Below are positions 19,162-27,640 of a stretch of 31,407 bases of DNA, one piece after another; position 1 is the stretch's first letter, and every line of letters starts with the position of its first letter. The DNA is taken from the NCBI GenBank assembly GCA_020833025.1, contig JAJHRB010000010.1:1-31407 (forward strand), read 5' to 3'. The notes beneath the pieces were generated by a model. That model searched no databases and was not told the DNA's origin. It worked only from the letters and a program-made list of their open reading frames with translations. This DNA is from Thermoproteaceae archaeon (GTDB lineage Archaea; Thermoproteota; Thermoprotei; Thermoproteales; Thermoproteaceae). The position numbers were made by a program, and so were the translations under genes.

Positions 19162-19725
19162 GTGCCGCGCCGCCAGGAGTATTCAATGAGCGACGCAGAG
19201 GTCGCCGAGCTGGTCTTCAGGAAATACGGTATCAAGATCTCGCCCGAGCAGGTAGTCAGAGCTTACGCGCCCGAGCAGAGAATGTCGTGGAAGAAGAGCG
19301 TTGAGGTGGCGAGGTTCATCAGGGGCATGACCCTAGGGCAGGCAGTTACGTGGCTGAGTGACGTCGTGAGGCTCAAGAGGCCAGTACCGGTGAAGACCTA
19401 CAAAAAGAAACAGGCCCACCACGCAACGCCGTGGAGGGGCTGGCCGGTTGCCAAGTGGCCTGTTAAGGTCGCGAAGAGGTTCCTGCAGGTCCTTGAGAAT
19501 CTCGAGAATAACGCGCGATTTAAGGGTCTCGACACAAGTCGCGTCGTGATAGTTTACGCTGCAGCTCACAAGGGGTTCAAAATTCGCAACATAATGCAGA
19601 GAGCCTTCGGCCGCGCAACGAGGTGGGACGAGCAGACGGTTCACGTTGAGATTGTGGGGGCCGAGCTTCCTGCCGAGGTCATGCCGAGGCGCTACAAGCT
19701 AAACATGGTGAGGCGCGCCGGGTAA
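19162..19725 (+). CDS. rpl22: 50S ribosomal protein L22
   Basis: [28 protein letters not shown]-like [18 protein letters not shown] start at 19162 after TTAAGTA. Confidence 0.95.
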   Translation: MPRRQEYSMSDAEVAELVFRKYGIKISPEQVVRAYAPEQRMSWKKSVEVARFIRGMTLGQAVTWLSDVVRLKRPVPVKTYKKKQAHHATPWRGWPVAKWPVKVAKRFLQVLENLENNARFKGLDTSRVVIVYAAAHKGFKIRNIMQRAFGRATRWDEQTVHVEIVGAELPAEVMPRRYKLNMVRRAG

Positions 19726-19743
19726 TCCCCCCTTTGAGGGGCA

Positions 19744-19799
19744 GGCTCAGCAAGGGGTGAACCGCTCATCTGTCGCCACAAGGAATTCTCAATCACCGG
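19744..19799 (-). ncRNA. C/D box methylation guide sRNA, probably targeting 16S rRNA
   Basis: C-like GUGAUUGA, D'-like GCGA, C'-like CAGAUGA, D CUGA at canonical spacing. D guide UUCACCCCUUG is complementary to CAAGGGGUGAA of crenarchaeal 16S (recalled from memory). TTAAAA about 20-25 nt upstream. Confidence 0.7.
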
Positions 19800-19867
19800 A
19801 GGCCGCGCCCTGTCAGTTTTAATGCGTGTTTTACGAATGCTTATAAGTGAGGGCAGCGCGCTTGTAG

Positions 19868-20554
19868 ATGAGACAGGGCATTCTCAGTGCGGCGCTCGTT
19901 GTAGTATTTGCACTTGTGCTGACGGTGTTTCCCGGGGAGTACATGGCGTTCGTCCTCGCGTACTTTGCGATCTTCCTTGGCCTAGCAATATTTCTCGGCG
20001 CCAGAGCATACAAGCGCGGGGTGTCCGCGGCCGCAGAGATCTCCAAGGGGAGGCTAGTACTGGAGGTAGACGAGAAGGAGGTCAGAAAGGTCATGGAGAG
20101 GGATAGGGAGCTGGCTGGCGAGTACAGGAAAATAGCGCGCGCCTCGATAATACCGCTCCTCCTGATCCCCGCCGCGGTGGTGCTCGCAATGGTGCTGTTC
20201 CCCACAGTGCCGCCGGCCCTCGAGTCGGCACTCAGCCCGCACGTCGGGGCCCTAGCCGCAAGATTTCTCAGCTATCTGCTAGTCTTCGGCGCGATGTCGG
20301 CGCTCTTCGGCAAGATAGCGAGGCCGGTCACGGCTCCGAGAATAGTAATGAGCTTGAAAGTCTACGACACGGGTCTGGTGATAGACGGGAAGTTCGGACT
20401 CAAGGCTCCGCTTGAGGTGAGCGAGTACAGAGTGAGCGAGGAGCGCAAGTTTGTGGAGTTCAGGATAGGGAATCAGACATTCAGGATTTACTGCAAGAAC
20501 GTGAGGGAGCTCGACAAGATTTTGTCGTCGAAGATGGTAAAGTCCCTAAAATAG
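19868..20554 (+). CDS. DUF2208-like crenarchaeal membrane protein
   Basis: TM pairs, KDRELxxEY-like segment, C-terminal Y.VYDTGLVIDG...PL, E.RKFVEF. Confidence 0.7.
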   Translation: MRQGILSAALVVVFALVLTVFPGEYMAFVLAYFAIFLGLAIFLGARAYKRGVSAAAEISKGRLVLEVDEKEVRKVMERDRELAGEYRKIARASIIPLLLIPAAVVLAMVLFPTVPPALESALSPHVGALAARFLSYLLVFGAMSALFGKIARPVTAPRIVMSLKVYDTGLVIDGKFGLKAPLEVSEYRVSEERKFVEFRIGNQTFRIYCKNVRELDKILSSKMVKSLK

Positions 20555-20869
20555 CGACGCGAGGGAGCTCGCGATCTCCTCCTCGCTCGGCCCCTTCTTC
20601 TCCTCTTCCTTCTTCTCTGCTTTCTCCTCTGCCTTGGCGGCGGGAGCTGGAGGCGGGGGCGCAGCGGCCGGCGCATGTGGCACTGCGGGTGCCAGCGGCG
20701 CCGACTTAATGGCCTCCTCTATGTTAATCTCCTTCAGCGCCGCAACTAAAGTCTTGACCCTGATCTCGTCCGGCTTTATGCCTGCTGCCTCGAGGACCTT
20801 CACCAGGTTCTCCTCGCTGATCTCCTGCTTGGCGTAGTACAGCAGCAGGGCGCCGTAAATGTACTCCAT
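20546..20869 (-). CDS. rpl12: 50S ribosomal protein P1/L12
   Basis: MEYIYGALLL, Ala/Pro hinge, acidic tail ending SLASLF. Confidence 0.96.
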   Translation of the reverse strand: MEYIYGALLLYYAKQEISEENLVKVLEAAGIKPDEIRVKTLVAALKEINIEEAIKSAPLAPAVPHAPAAAPPPPAPAAKAEEKAEKKEEEKKGPSEEEIASSLASLF

Positions 20870-20899
20870 GTGCGGCAGTGTGGCGCGCCGCTTATAAAG

Positions 20900-21103
20900 T
20901 TATACCTCGACGACCTTCACCTTCTTGGCCTTGAGTTCCGCGAGTACCTGCTCAGCCTTTTCCGGCGGGAGCTTTATGGTGTAGAGGTACCTAGCGAGCC
21001 TGGCCTTCAGCTTGACATACTCGGGGTACCTCTTCACGCGCACCTCCTGGGCCCTCTCTCCGTAAGCCCTCCATAACTCGAGCAGAAAGACCTCCTTCGG
21101 CAT
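20900..21103 (-). CDS. rpl38e: 50S ribosomal protein L38e
   Basis: MPKEV...VKLKARLARYLYT. ATG at 21103 with TTTATT at 21125-21130; the longer ORF-track version runs through this promoter. Confidence 0.9.
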   Translation of the reverse strand: MPKEVFLLELWRAYGERAQEVRVKRYPEYVKLKARLARYLYTIKLPPEKAEQVLAELKAKKVKVVEV

Positions 21104-21148
21104 TGAGCGCGCCTGCGGGCGGCCAATAAATGCCTTCCGCCGCGCCTC

Positions 21149-21316
21149 ATGCCGGGGCACCGGACAGGCCTGACTGCCTCGCCGGATCGCCGAAGCCTGC
21201 CGCCTGTAAGGGGCCCGGGCATGGCGCCGCAGGTCAAGACAAGCCGGCGGTGTGATGCCGGGGGAACCCGCCGGGCTCACGCACCCCCCTGCGGGGGCGT
21301 CGCCCACGGCCGGCAT
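21149..21316. ncRNA. Unidentified GC-rich structured element (candidate ncRNA)
   Basis: Ends atgccgg/ccggcat can pair. Internal ccggcgg/ccgccgg and cccc-GCAG-gggg (minus strand) hairpins. TTTAAA at 21333-21338. No protein-like frame. Confidence 0.35.
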
Positions 21317-21363
21317 TCCCACGGCCGGCCTCTTTAAAACTTTGCGCGCAGTTTTCTGCGCTC

Positions 21364-21420
21364 GCCGTGATGAGACCGCTGAGCCCGGCGCCGCGTGCCG
21401 TGACTTCAGCCGGCTGATGC
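21364..21420 (+). ncRNA. Candidate C/D box sRNA
   Basis: Perfect C box GTGATGA (21367-21373) and D box CTGA (21414-21417), 40 nt apart, about 28 nt after TTTAAAA. Internal C'/D' are weak and no target was assigned. Confidence 0.45.
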
Positions 21421-21535
21421 CGCCCGCCTGCAGAGCGCGGACCAGTCAATGGGCATTGCAAAGCGCGTCAGGTCGGGGTACCTGTCAGTGGTCGCGGGGG
21501 TCCTGCCAGCGACAAGGCCGTCTGCAGGCCGGGCG
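21421..21535. ncRNA. Candidate 115-nt multibranch RNA
   Basis: 14-bp closing stem cgcccgcctgcaga/tctgcaggc(c)gggcg encloses caggt/acctg and gtcgc/gcgac hairpins. Confidence 0.3.
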
Positions 21536-21710
21536 CGGGGCCTGTCATGACAGGCGCCGTGACCGAAACTGAGTCCGCTATTAGGTGCCCAACCTGAAGC
21601 AGACAGGGACGAGGCGCCCATCATGTGAGCGCAGAGGCGCTTCGGCGGGCAGTCCCAGCCGCCTCTTTTTCCTCCCCCGGATGTTTATCTATTGCCGAGC
21701 CCCGGAACTC

Positions 21711-22706
21711 CTACGGCGTTCCGGGGCTCCGGCTCTCGGAGAGCGGCCGGGGGCTGAGGAGAGCGCGTCCCTTAAGCCTCGCCACGTACGAGAGCGCCGA
21801 GAGCGCTGCCGACGCGCCCATTGCAGCGGCTATCACGGCTTGCTTGTATGGGTAAGCCACGGCGTCGCCTGCGGCAAAGAGACCCGGCGTTTTCGTTCTG
21901 CCCTCCCAGTCTGCTATTATCTCGCCCCGCTCGTTAACGTCGACAAGGTGCCTCACGAAGTCGCTCTTTGTAATGTACCCCACCTCTATGATCACTGCCG
22001 AGACTGGCAGCTCCATGACCTCTCCTGACTTTCTGCTCTTTATCACGACGAGCTCTACCCGCGACCTTCCCCGTATCTCGACAACCTCGCTATTTGGAAT
22101 CAGCACGACTCTGCCGGCTCCGAGCACTTGCCCTAGAAATTTGTCGTCGCCGAGGGGCTCGTCCGAGGGGAATATCCAGTAGAGCTTTCTTGCCACAGGC
22201 GCGAGCACCGTGGCCGGCTCCCTTGACAGGTCGCCCCAGCTCACGAGCGCAACGTCCTTGCCCCTCAGCAGCGGCGCGTCGCACACGGCGCAGTAAGAAA
22301 CCCCGCGGCCTCTGAGCTCCGCCTCGCCCGGCACGCCCAGCTTTCTCGGCGCCTTGCCTATCGCGAGTATCACGGCGAGGCTTCTATACTCGTCGCCGCC
22401 GGCGGTTCTGACCACGAACATCTCGCCCGCCTTCTCGATGTGCGTTACCTCGTCAAAGACTATCTCTGCGCCCGCCGTGCGCGCTTGCTGCTCGACGCGT
22501 TTGATGAGCTCCGGGCCGGATATCTCGTGAATGCCTGGGTAGTTCTTTATCACCGAGACCATGTTGAGCTGGCCCCCCAGGTCGGCGCCTATGACTAGGG
22601 TTCTAAGCCCCTGACGCGCCGTGTATATTGCCGCAGTCAGCCCCGCTATGCCGGCGCCGACTACTATCACGTCGTAATCAACGCCAGCAGCGGGGGCGCC
22701 GTGCAC
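21711..22706 (-). CDS. trxB: Thioredoxin reductase
   Basis: [23 protein letters not shown] (CxxC), [18 protein letters not shown] start at 22706, sharing an A/T box (22727-22734) with divergent rps19. Confidence 0.93.
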   Translation of the reverse strand: MHGAPAAGVDYDVIVVGAGIAGLTAAIYTARQGLRTLVIGADLGGQLNMVSVIKNYPGIHEISGPELIKRVEQQARTAGAEIVFDEVTHIEKAGEMFVVRTAGGDEYRSLAVILAIGKAPRKLGVPGEAELRGRGVSYCAVCDAPLLRGKDVALVSWGDLSREPATVLAPVARKLYWIFPSDEPLGDDKFLGQVLGAGRVVLIPNSEVVEIRGRSRVELVVIKSRKSGEVMELPVSAVIIEVGYITKSDFVRHLVDVNERGEIIADWEGRTKTPGLFAAGDAVAYPYKQAVIAAAMGASAALSALSYVARLKGRALLSPRPLSESRSPGTP

Positions 22707-22755
22707 GTCCCGGCCGGCCTTGAAGCTTTTTAAAACGCGCGCGAGAGGTCCACCG

Positions 22756-23295
22756 ATGCCTCCTGCCGGCTCCGGCGGGGGACCGGAGACAGAGGAAGGG
22801 GCAGCTAAGGCCCCAAGAGAGCAGAAAGAGGAGTCCGCGGCCGAGAAGGGCAGGCAGGGGTGGATAGTACCCGCCGCAATACCGCCGAGTGAGTGGTCAA
22901 CGTTTAAGTACAGGGGAAAGACTCTCGACGAGCTGCTGCGCATGCCGATGGACGAATTTATAAAGCTGCTGCCGGCACGCCAGAGGAGGTCATTGAAACG
23001 CGGCTTGAGGCCGGAGCACAGGAAGTTGCTCGACAAGATAAGAAAGGCGAAGAGGTTAATGGCGCATGGCAAGAAGGCAGTAGTAAAAACTCACTGCAGA
23101 GACATGATAATACTGCCGGAAATGGTGGGCTTGACAATTCATGTGCACAACGGCATCACTTACATACCTGTATTCATATCGCCGTGGCACATCGGCCACT
23201 ACCTCGGCGAGTTTGCCATAACGTGCAAGCTTGTTCAGCACGGCGAGCCCGGCCTGAAGGCTACGAGGTCATCGCTGCACATAGCTGCAAAGTGA
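22756..23295 (+). CDS. rps19: 30S ribosomal protein S19
   Basis: [42 protein letters not shown]. Confidence 0.96.
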   Translation: MPPAGSGGGPETEEGAAKAPREQKEESAAEKGRQGWIVPAAIPPSEWSTFKYRGKTLDELLRMPMDEFIKLLPARQRRSLKRGLRPEHRKLLDKIRKAKRLMAHGKKAVVKTHCRDMIILPEMVGLTIHVHNGITYIPVFISPWHIGHYLGEFAITCKLVQHGEPGLKATRSSLHIAAK

Positions 23296-23546
23296 CCGCC
23301 CGGCCCTCTGCGCGGGCGCCAGGGCGCTCGCGCTGGCGCAAAGCCCTCCCGCGCTGGTCTCGCGCCTCTGGGCGTCAACGAGCGCACTCCTGACGTGACC
23401 ACTCTCGCTGCTTAACAGCAGCCCCTCGCACATACAGGACCCCGGCCGGCCCCGAGTGCCGGCGGGGCTGTCGGCAGCGCGGCGGGCGTTACATTTCCGG
23501 CCTCAGAATGGGCTAAGCCTTTTAAATGAGGGGAGGCGCTGCTGCG

Positions 23547-24038
23547 GTGGTCGCCATTAAGCTGCAAACGAGACCGAGTGTGGGAGATGTCGTGACGCTG
23601 CCCGGCGGGAAGAGAATTCGCATTAGGAGTGTCGGCGTGCCGTACATACAGCCCCCGCCCGCCGTCTGCGACGATCCGCTGTGCCCGTGGCACGGGCACC
23701 TAAAAATCAAGCTCAAGCTCATGGAGGTGACGGTCGAGAAGGTCAAGATGCAGAAGGCTGCAGTCGCGGTGCGCGAGTGGGTCCACTACATTCCCAAGTA
23801 CAAGCGCTACGAGCGCAGACGCAGAAGAATTCACGTGAGAGTTCCCGAGTGTATTGAGGTGAAGCCCGGCGACAAGGTCATAATTGCCGAGACGAGACCT
23901 CTGGCCAAGACAATTGCGTGGGTTGTCATAGGCAAGAGCAAAGACGTAATGCCGTGGAGGGCCGCGCGGGAGGCGCTCGAGGGCACTCACACTCCAGCCC
24001 CTTTCAATCCTTCTTTTGAGATTCCCGGGCCCTCTTGA
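23547..24038 (+). CDS. rps17: 30S ribosomal protein S17
   Basis: CDDPLCPWHG, KYKRYERRRRRIH, ETRPLAKT. GTG start at 23547 chosen because the upstream ATG lies within the TATA box. Confidence 0.95.
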   Translation: MVAIKLQTRPSVGDVVTLPGGKRIRIRSVGVPYIQPPPAVCDDPLCPWHGHLKIKLKLMEVTVEKVKMQKAAVAVREWVHYIPKYKRYERRRRRIHVRVPECIEVKPGDKVIIAETRPLAKTIAWVVIGKSKDVMPWRAAREALEGTHTPAPFNPSFEIPGPS

Positions 24039-24076
24039 CAAGTCTCCCCGCATTCTTTTAAGCATTTTCGCCGCGG

Positions 24077-24337
24077 TCAGGAGCTCTGCCGCGGCGTCGC
24101 GCCGAGATGCACTACTGCAATTGTCGGGGCGCGCCGCGGCCGCCCTGGCCCCGCGAGCGCGGCGACAACGGCCGGCGCGAGGTCTGGCCCCAGCCTCATG
24201 GCGCGGAGGGCGGGCCGGGCAAGTGCGAGGGCCCAGCGCTGCGGAATCAGCGCCGAGATCAGGTAGCCCGCCAGCACTCCGGCGGCGGCCTCCGCGGCCT
24301 CCATGCGGAGCAGCTCCAGCAGCGTGTCGCGCCTCAT
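24077..24337 (-). pseudogene. N-terminal fragment of a Gate-domain membrane protein paralog
   Basis: LARPALRAMRLGPDLAPAVVAALAGP aligns with LAAPLASALGLPRGLVPLMALSLASP of 7415-8323 (10/26 identical, prolines in register). The frame ends just after the 39-bp repeat. Confidence 0.55.
24101..24139 (-). repeat. 39-bp perfect inverted repeat, copy B
   Basis: Exact reverse complement of 8439-8477. Confidence 0.95.
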
Positions 24338-25449
24338 GCTGGCGTTAGCGGCAGCCCGTTAGCCTTGAGGTACCACATTACTGGTACTAGGTCCCTGTGC
24401 ATGCTGAGACCGCAGCTCTCGCACCTCACGATTCTGCCGGGGAGCTCTCTCATCCTGCCCCCGCACCTCGGGCAGACCGTACTGTAAAGTCTCCTGAACT
24501 CAAACGGGATACCGTACCACTGCAGCTGGTTTGCGAGCAGCCTCACGAACCGCCTGACGCCGGAGAGGTAGATCTTTGCCAGGCCGCGGGGCAGCCTCTC
24601 CTCAAGCAGCCCGCGCCTGGACTCTTCAAGCACGTCGTCGATGACGACCTTTGCGCGATACTTTAGTGCCTTCCCTGCAAGCTTTGCCGCCAGCCACTGC
24701 GCCCTGTCCTTGACGATTGCATGCAGCTTCCGTTTCTTATGCCCGATCTCGCGCCGCAGCCTCTTACCCTCCGGCGTCTCGTGAAGGCCCAGCCGCCTGA
24801 GCGCGCCGTACTTGCGCTCAAGCCTTAACAGCTCGCGGTAGAGGCCGTCGAGGCACAGTCTCTCCTGCTTCATGGAAACGACCTTGCCCGCCCTGACGAG
24901 GGCCCACGCAATGCCGTGGCGCCACGAGTTGACGTCAACGACCAGAGCGTAGTCGCCCGGCTGTATTGGCTGAACCTCGCGCTCGGCAGCGAGGACAAGA
25001 TGTGGCCTCCCGTTTTTGAGGCCCACTGCAGCAAATTTTATGTCGGCGCCCTCCGTGACCCTCTCCAGAGCCCACTCTGGCATGGGGAGCTCCACCACAT
25101 AACGCGGGCGGTTGTGGCACACCTGCCGCACCCTCACAACGCCGCGCGCGAAGTCCAGCGCCACCGGCGCGCTTTTGTCTCCGATTCGCCTCCCCTCCGG
25201 AAAGACCCTGTACGTTTTCAGCGGAACCCACGCCCTCGCGAGCCACCTCTTCGGCGCGGTGCCGAAGGCAAGGCTCTGCTTGAACCGCTGCCAACAAGAA
25301 AGTAGTTGGTGCTGCACGTATCTTAACAGGTCTGGGATCGTGACCGCGTAGCCATGGTATGCCAAATTCGCCAGTGCCATCAGGCGCTGAATGTAGCGCG
25401 CGTCGCACTCTCGCGGCAGCGGGATCAGGATGGCGCGGTATGCTTTCAT
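24334..25449 (-). mobile_element. tnpB: TnpB-like RuvC/zinc-ribbon protein (IS200/IS605-related), no transposase
   Basis: RuvC-I LVVDVN, RuvC-II position VVIDD, CPRC...CESC zinc finger, RuvC-III HRD. ATG at 25449 preceded by GAGGAGG. Confidence 0.85.
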
Positions 25450-25610
25450 CCCTCCTCTGCCAGAACCAGCACTCCGATCACCGTCCTGCCGGCGTAGTTC
25501 GCGAGGTCGCCGGCAGTGTCTGCATGCACGTAGATGCGGACGTGGCGCCTGCCGTGCCGCTGCACGGTTCCCCTTATGAGCCAGACCTTGGTCACGCACG
25601 CCGTTGGCAA
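25446..25610 (-). CDS. Small 54-aa protein translationally coupled to tnpB (below ORF-track cutoff)
   Basis: TTG start (alternative GTG at 25595), MPTACVTKVWLIRGTVQRHGRRHVRIYVHADTAGDLANYAGRTVIGVLVLAEEG*. TGA overlaps the tnpB ATG (ATGA). TTAAAA at 25626-25631. Confidence 0.7.
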   Translation of the reverse strand: MPTACVTKVWLIRGTVQRHGRRHVRIYVHADTAGDLANYAGRTVIGVLVLAEEG

Positions 25611-25660
25611 GCCGTCACTCAAGCATTTTAACCACAGAAAGGCTTAAATGTGGCAACAAG

Positions 25661-25765
25661 AGCTCGGGCGAGCCCGCCGGAGCGGAACGCCGTGAAGGCG
25701 GGCGCTCCCGGGCCCCGCCGGGGCCTGAGGAGTGAGGCCCCAAGAATGGGGGCGGTGTCCCGACT
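25661..25765 (+). ncRNA. Candidate structured RNA divergent from the tnpB cassette (copy 1)
   Basis: TTAAAT at 25644-25649. Stems tcggg/cccga, gcccg-ggagcg/cgctcc-cgggc, ccgcc/ggcgg, and ggggcct/aggcccc closing a CUGA-GGA-GUGA K-loop-like motif. Confidence 0.5.
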
Positions 25766-25785
25766 GTGCGGAGGGGTGAAGTGGG

Positions 25786-26895
25786 TCACTGGGATGCGGG
25801 GAGCGGGGCATAGCGCCACTCGTAGCCCATGTCCATTTCACTGATTTCCTCGCACCCCGCCGGCGGGCTGAGGAGCGTCTCGCGGAACCTCAGCGCCAGC
25901 GGCGTGAGGCGCCTCTCCCACGTCTCACGGTCGACGTCAACCAGCGCGAAGAAGGGCCGGTAGCCCAGCCCCCACTCGTAGCCGTGGAGGAAGCTCCACC
26001 ACACTGCAGCCACCGGCCCCAGCTCCGCGAGCACCATGGCCATCGTGCAGAGGTAACGGTACCGCAGCGGCTCGCTCCTCGCCGGGATCCCGAACTCCGT
26101 GACGGCAAGCGGGCCGGGGGCCCACCTTCTCGCGGCCAGCAGCGCCCTCGGCTTGAGCTTGTGGCGGATGCCGTAGCCGTCAAAGTAGGACACGACGTAG
26201 AAGTTGACGGCGGTGAGGTCCATCTCGCGGAACAGCCGCGCGTACTCGGCGCGCTGGAGCGCCGCGAGGGCCCTCAGCGCGAGCGAGACGGGATCCCTGC
26301 CCTCAACTGCAGCGTAGCTGTACGTGAACGTGCACCTCACGCCGTAGCTCCTCAGCACGTCCCTCGCGCCGAGCAGGGCCTCCGCTATGTTCCGCTCAGC
26401 GGCGCGGGCGAGCCTCAGGGCCATGAACGCGTGCGGCGGCAGGACTCCCCTCACGTAGGACAGCATGACGTAAACGTTCGGCTCGTTGAAGGCAATCGCG
26501 ACGTCTATCAAGTCGCCCAGCTCCCTCGCGACCAGCTCCACGTAGGCCAGGAACCGCCTGACGACGTGCCCCGATAGCCACCCGCCGTGCCTCCAGACCC
26601 AGCGCGGGTTCGTGAAGTGGTGCAGCGCGACCCAGGGCCTCATCCCGCGGCCGCGCACTGCCTCCAGGTACCCGCGGAAGAACTCAAGCCACTTGCGGGA
26701 GTACTGGCCCTCCCTGGGCTCCACCAGCGCCCACTCGACGCCCGTCCTAAAGACGTCGAGGCCCACCTGCCTCGCGATGTCGAGGTCGCGCCCGTAGTGC
26801 GCCAGGTGCATGGCGCCGGGCTCGTCCGGCATGTCGCAGTTGCAGAGGCCGAAGTGCTGGTAGGGAGATATGGCAGCACCGACGAGCATAGTCAT
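25786..26895 (-). CDS. Glycoside hydrolase family 1 (beta-glycosidase)
   Basis: FRTGVEWA, LHHFTNP.W, acid/base FNEP, nucleophile VTEFG, GYEWGLGY..FAL. ATG at 26895 after GGAGG. Confidence 0.92.
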   Translation of the reverse strand: MTMLVGAAISPYQHFGLCNCDMPDEPGAMHLAHYGRDLDIARQVGLDVFRTGVEWALVEPREGQYSRKWLEFFRGYLEAVRGRGMRPWVALHHFTNPRWVWRHGGWLSGHVVRRFLAYVELVARELGDLIDVAIAFNEPNVYVMLSYVRGVLPPHAFMALRLARAAERNIAEALLGARDVLRSYGVRCTFTYSYAAVEGRDPVSLALRALAALQRAEYARLFREMDLTAVNFYVVSYFDGYGIRHKLKPRALLAARRWAPGPLAVTEFGIPARSEPLRYRYLCTMAMVLAELGPVAAVWWSFLHGYEWGLGYRPFFALVDVDRETWERRLTPLALRFRETLLSPPAGCEEISEMDMGYEWRYAPLPASQ

Positions 26896-27016
26896 GTTAC
26901 TGCCTCCCCGCACCGGAGGGCGGGAGGGCGCCCCAGCCCACCGCGCTGCCGGCACCCGGTCTCTGCGTGTCCCGGGCACGCCGCGCCGCGCGGCCTCCTG
27001 AGCTCGGGTATGCCAT

Positions 27017-27060
27017 GCCGGGACTCGAGGAGTGACGCCCCAGAATGGGGGCGTGGCCCG
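27017..27060 (+). repeat. Second copy of the structured core at 25717-25762
   Basis: gccgggactcGAGGAGTGAcGCCCCAGAATGGGGGCGTGgCCCG versus gccggggcctGAGGAGTGAgGCCCCaAGAATGGGGGCGgTGtCCCG, 39/46 identical. Both are preceded by gagctcggg. Confidence 0.85.
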
Positions 27061-27084
27061 GCAGCGCTTGCCGGTGCAGAGAGC

Positions 27085-27531
27085 GCAATGTCCTTCTCCA
27101 CATCGCTTAGATTCGTGTACCTACTCACCACTCCCTCCGAGTCCAGACCGTTATATTGAAATTCGTGTAGGTTAAGTGCAAGGTCTGTGAGGTGGACTAT
27201 CTCCTTACCATAAACCTCCTCAAGTATTGATGCTACTTCCCTCAGCCTTGTTGTTGGCATTAGGGCTATTATGAGGGCTGCCTTGGACCTGACCTTGCCG
27301 GTCCTGTCCTTAACAATACCCGTGTAGTGCTTGGCAATTAATTCCCTGTTTTTTGCGGCTGCGGCGGATATCACGGCCTTCCACGCCTGGAAGACCTTCC
27401 CTGAGGCATTCCTATGAAGACCCTGGTCAAGGGAACTTGAGGGCTAGCTCTGCCTCCCGCATTGCCTCCTCTAACCTAAGTTCTATGTATTGCATGGTGC
27501 CTCGCCATGGATGTGCATGTCTCGACGTCAC
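27085..27531 (-). pseudogene. PaREP1-family gene, frameshifted and 3'-truncated
   Basis: HPWRGTMQYIELRLEEA...ALKF / LDQGLHRNASGKVFQAWKA...LHEFQYNGLD. Extra C near 27431-27433; the frame runs into high-GC sequence near 27085. Confidence 0.82.
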
Positions 27532-27601
27532 AGATACCTACATATAATGCTAGGTTGAATAATAATGCTTTTTCCATGAGGGCATTCCGAAAAGAAGGTT
27601 T

Positions 27602-27636
27602 ATTAACAGGGGTGTTAATAATTAACAGGGGTGTGA
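27602..27636. promoter_or_regulatory. Tandem palindromic operator-like sites TTAACA-GGGG-TGTTAA
   Basis: attaacaggggtgt occurs at 27602-27615 and 27621-27634; the first copy extends into a perfect palindrome (27603-27618), immediately before the ATPase start. Confidence 0.55.
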
Positions 27637-27640
27637 ATTA

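Noticed and set aside
21235-21280. RNase P RNA, normal or permuted
   Set aside because: CR-V-like and CR-I-like words are only about 7-17 nt apart, leaving no room for P1-P3 or P5-P15. They are better explained as one local hairpin.
21465-21605. Split or permuted SRP RNA helix 8 (GUCAGGUC ... GAAGCAGAC)
   Set aside because: Flanking pairs fail, there is no adjacent GNAR helix 6, and no convincing Alu domain. It remains worth a model-based search.
23296-23520. H/ACA-like RNA between rps19 and rps17
   Set aside because: A GC hairpin is present (cagcccc/ggggctg, gccggc/gccggc), but there is no K-turn or correctly placed ACA. Plausible by chance at this GC content.
25725-25760. Hammerhead ribozyme (CUGAGGA core)
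   Set aside because: No GAAA after a stem II and no cleavage-site geometry.
1-27000. Many antisense and overlapping ORFs in the six-frame track (e.g. 1270-1860, 16894-17928, 13102-13995)
   Set aside because: Arg/Pro/Ala-rich shadows of real genes in high-GC DNA with no recognisable motifs.
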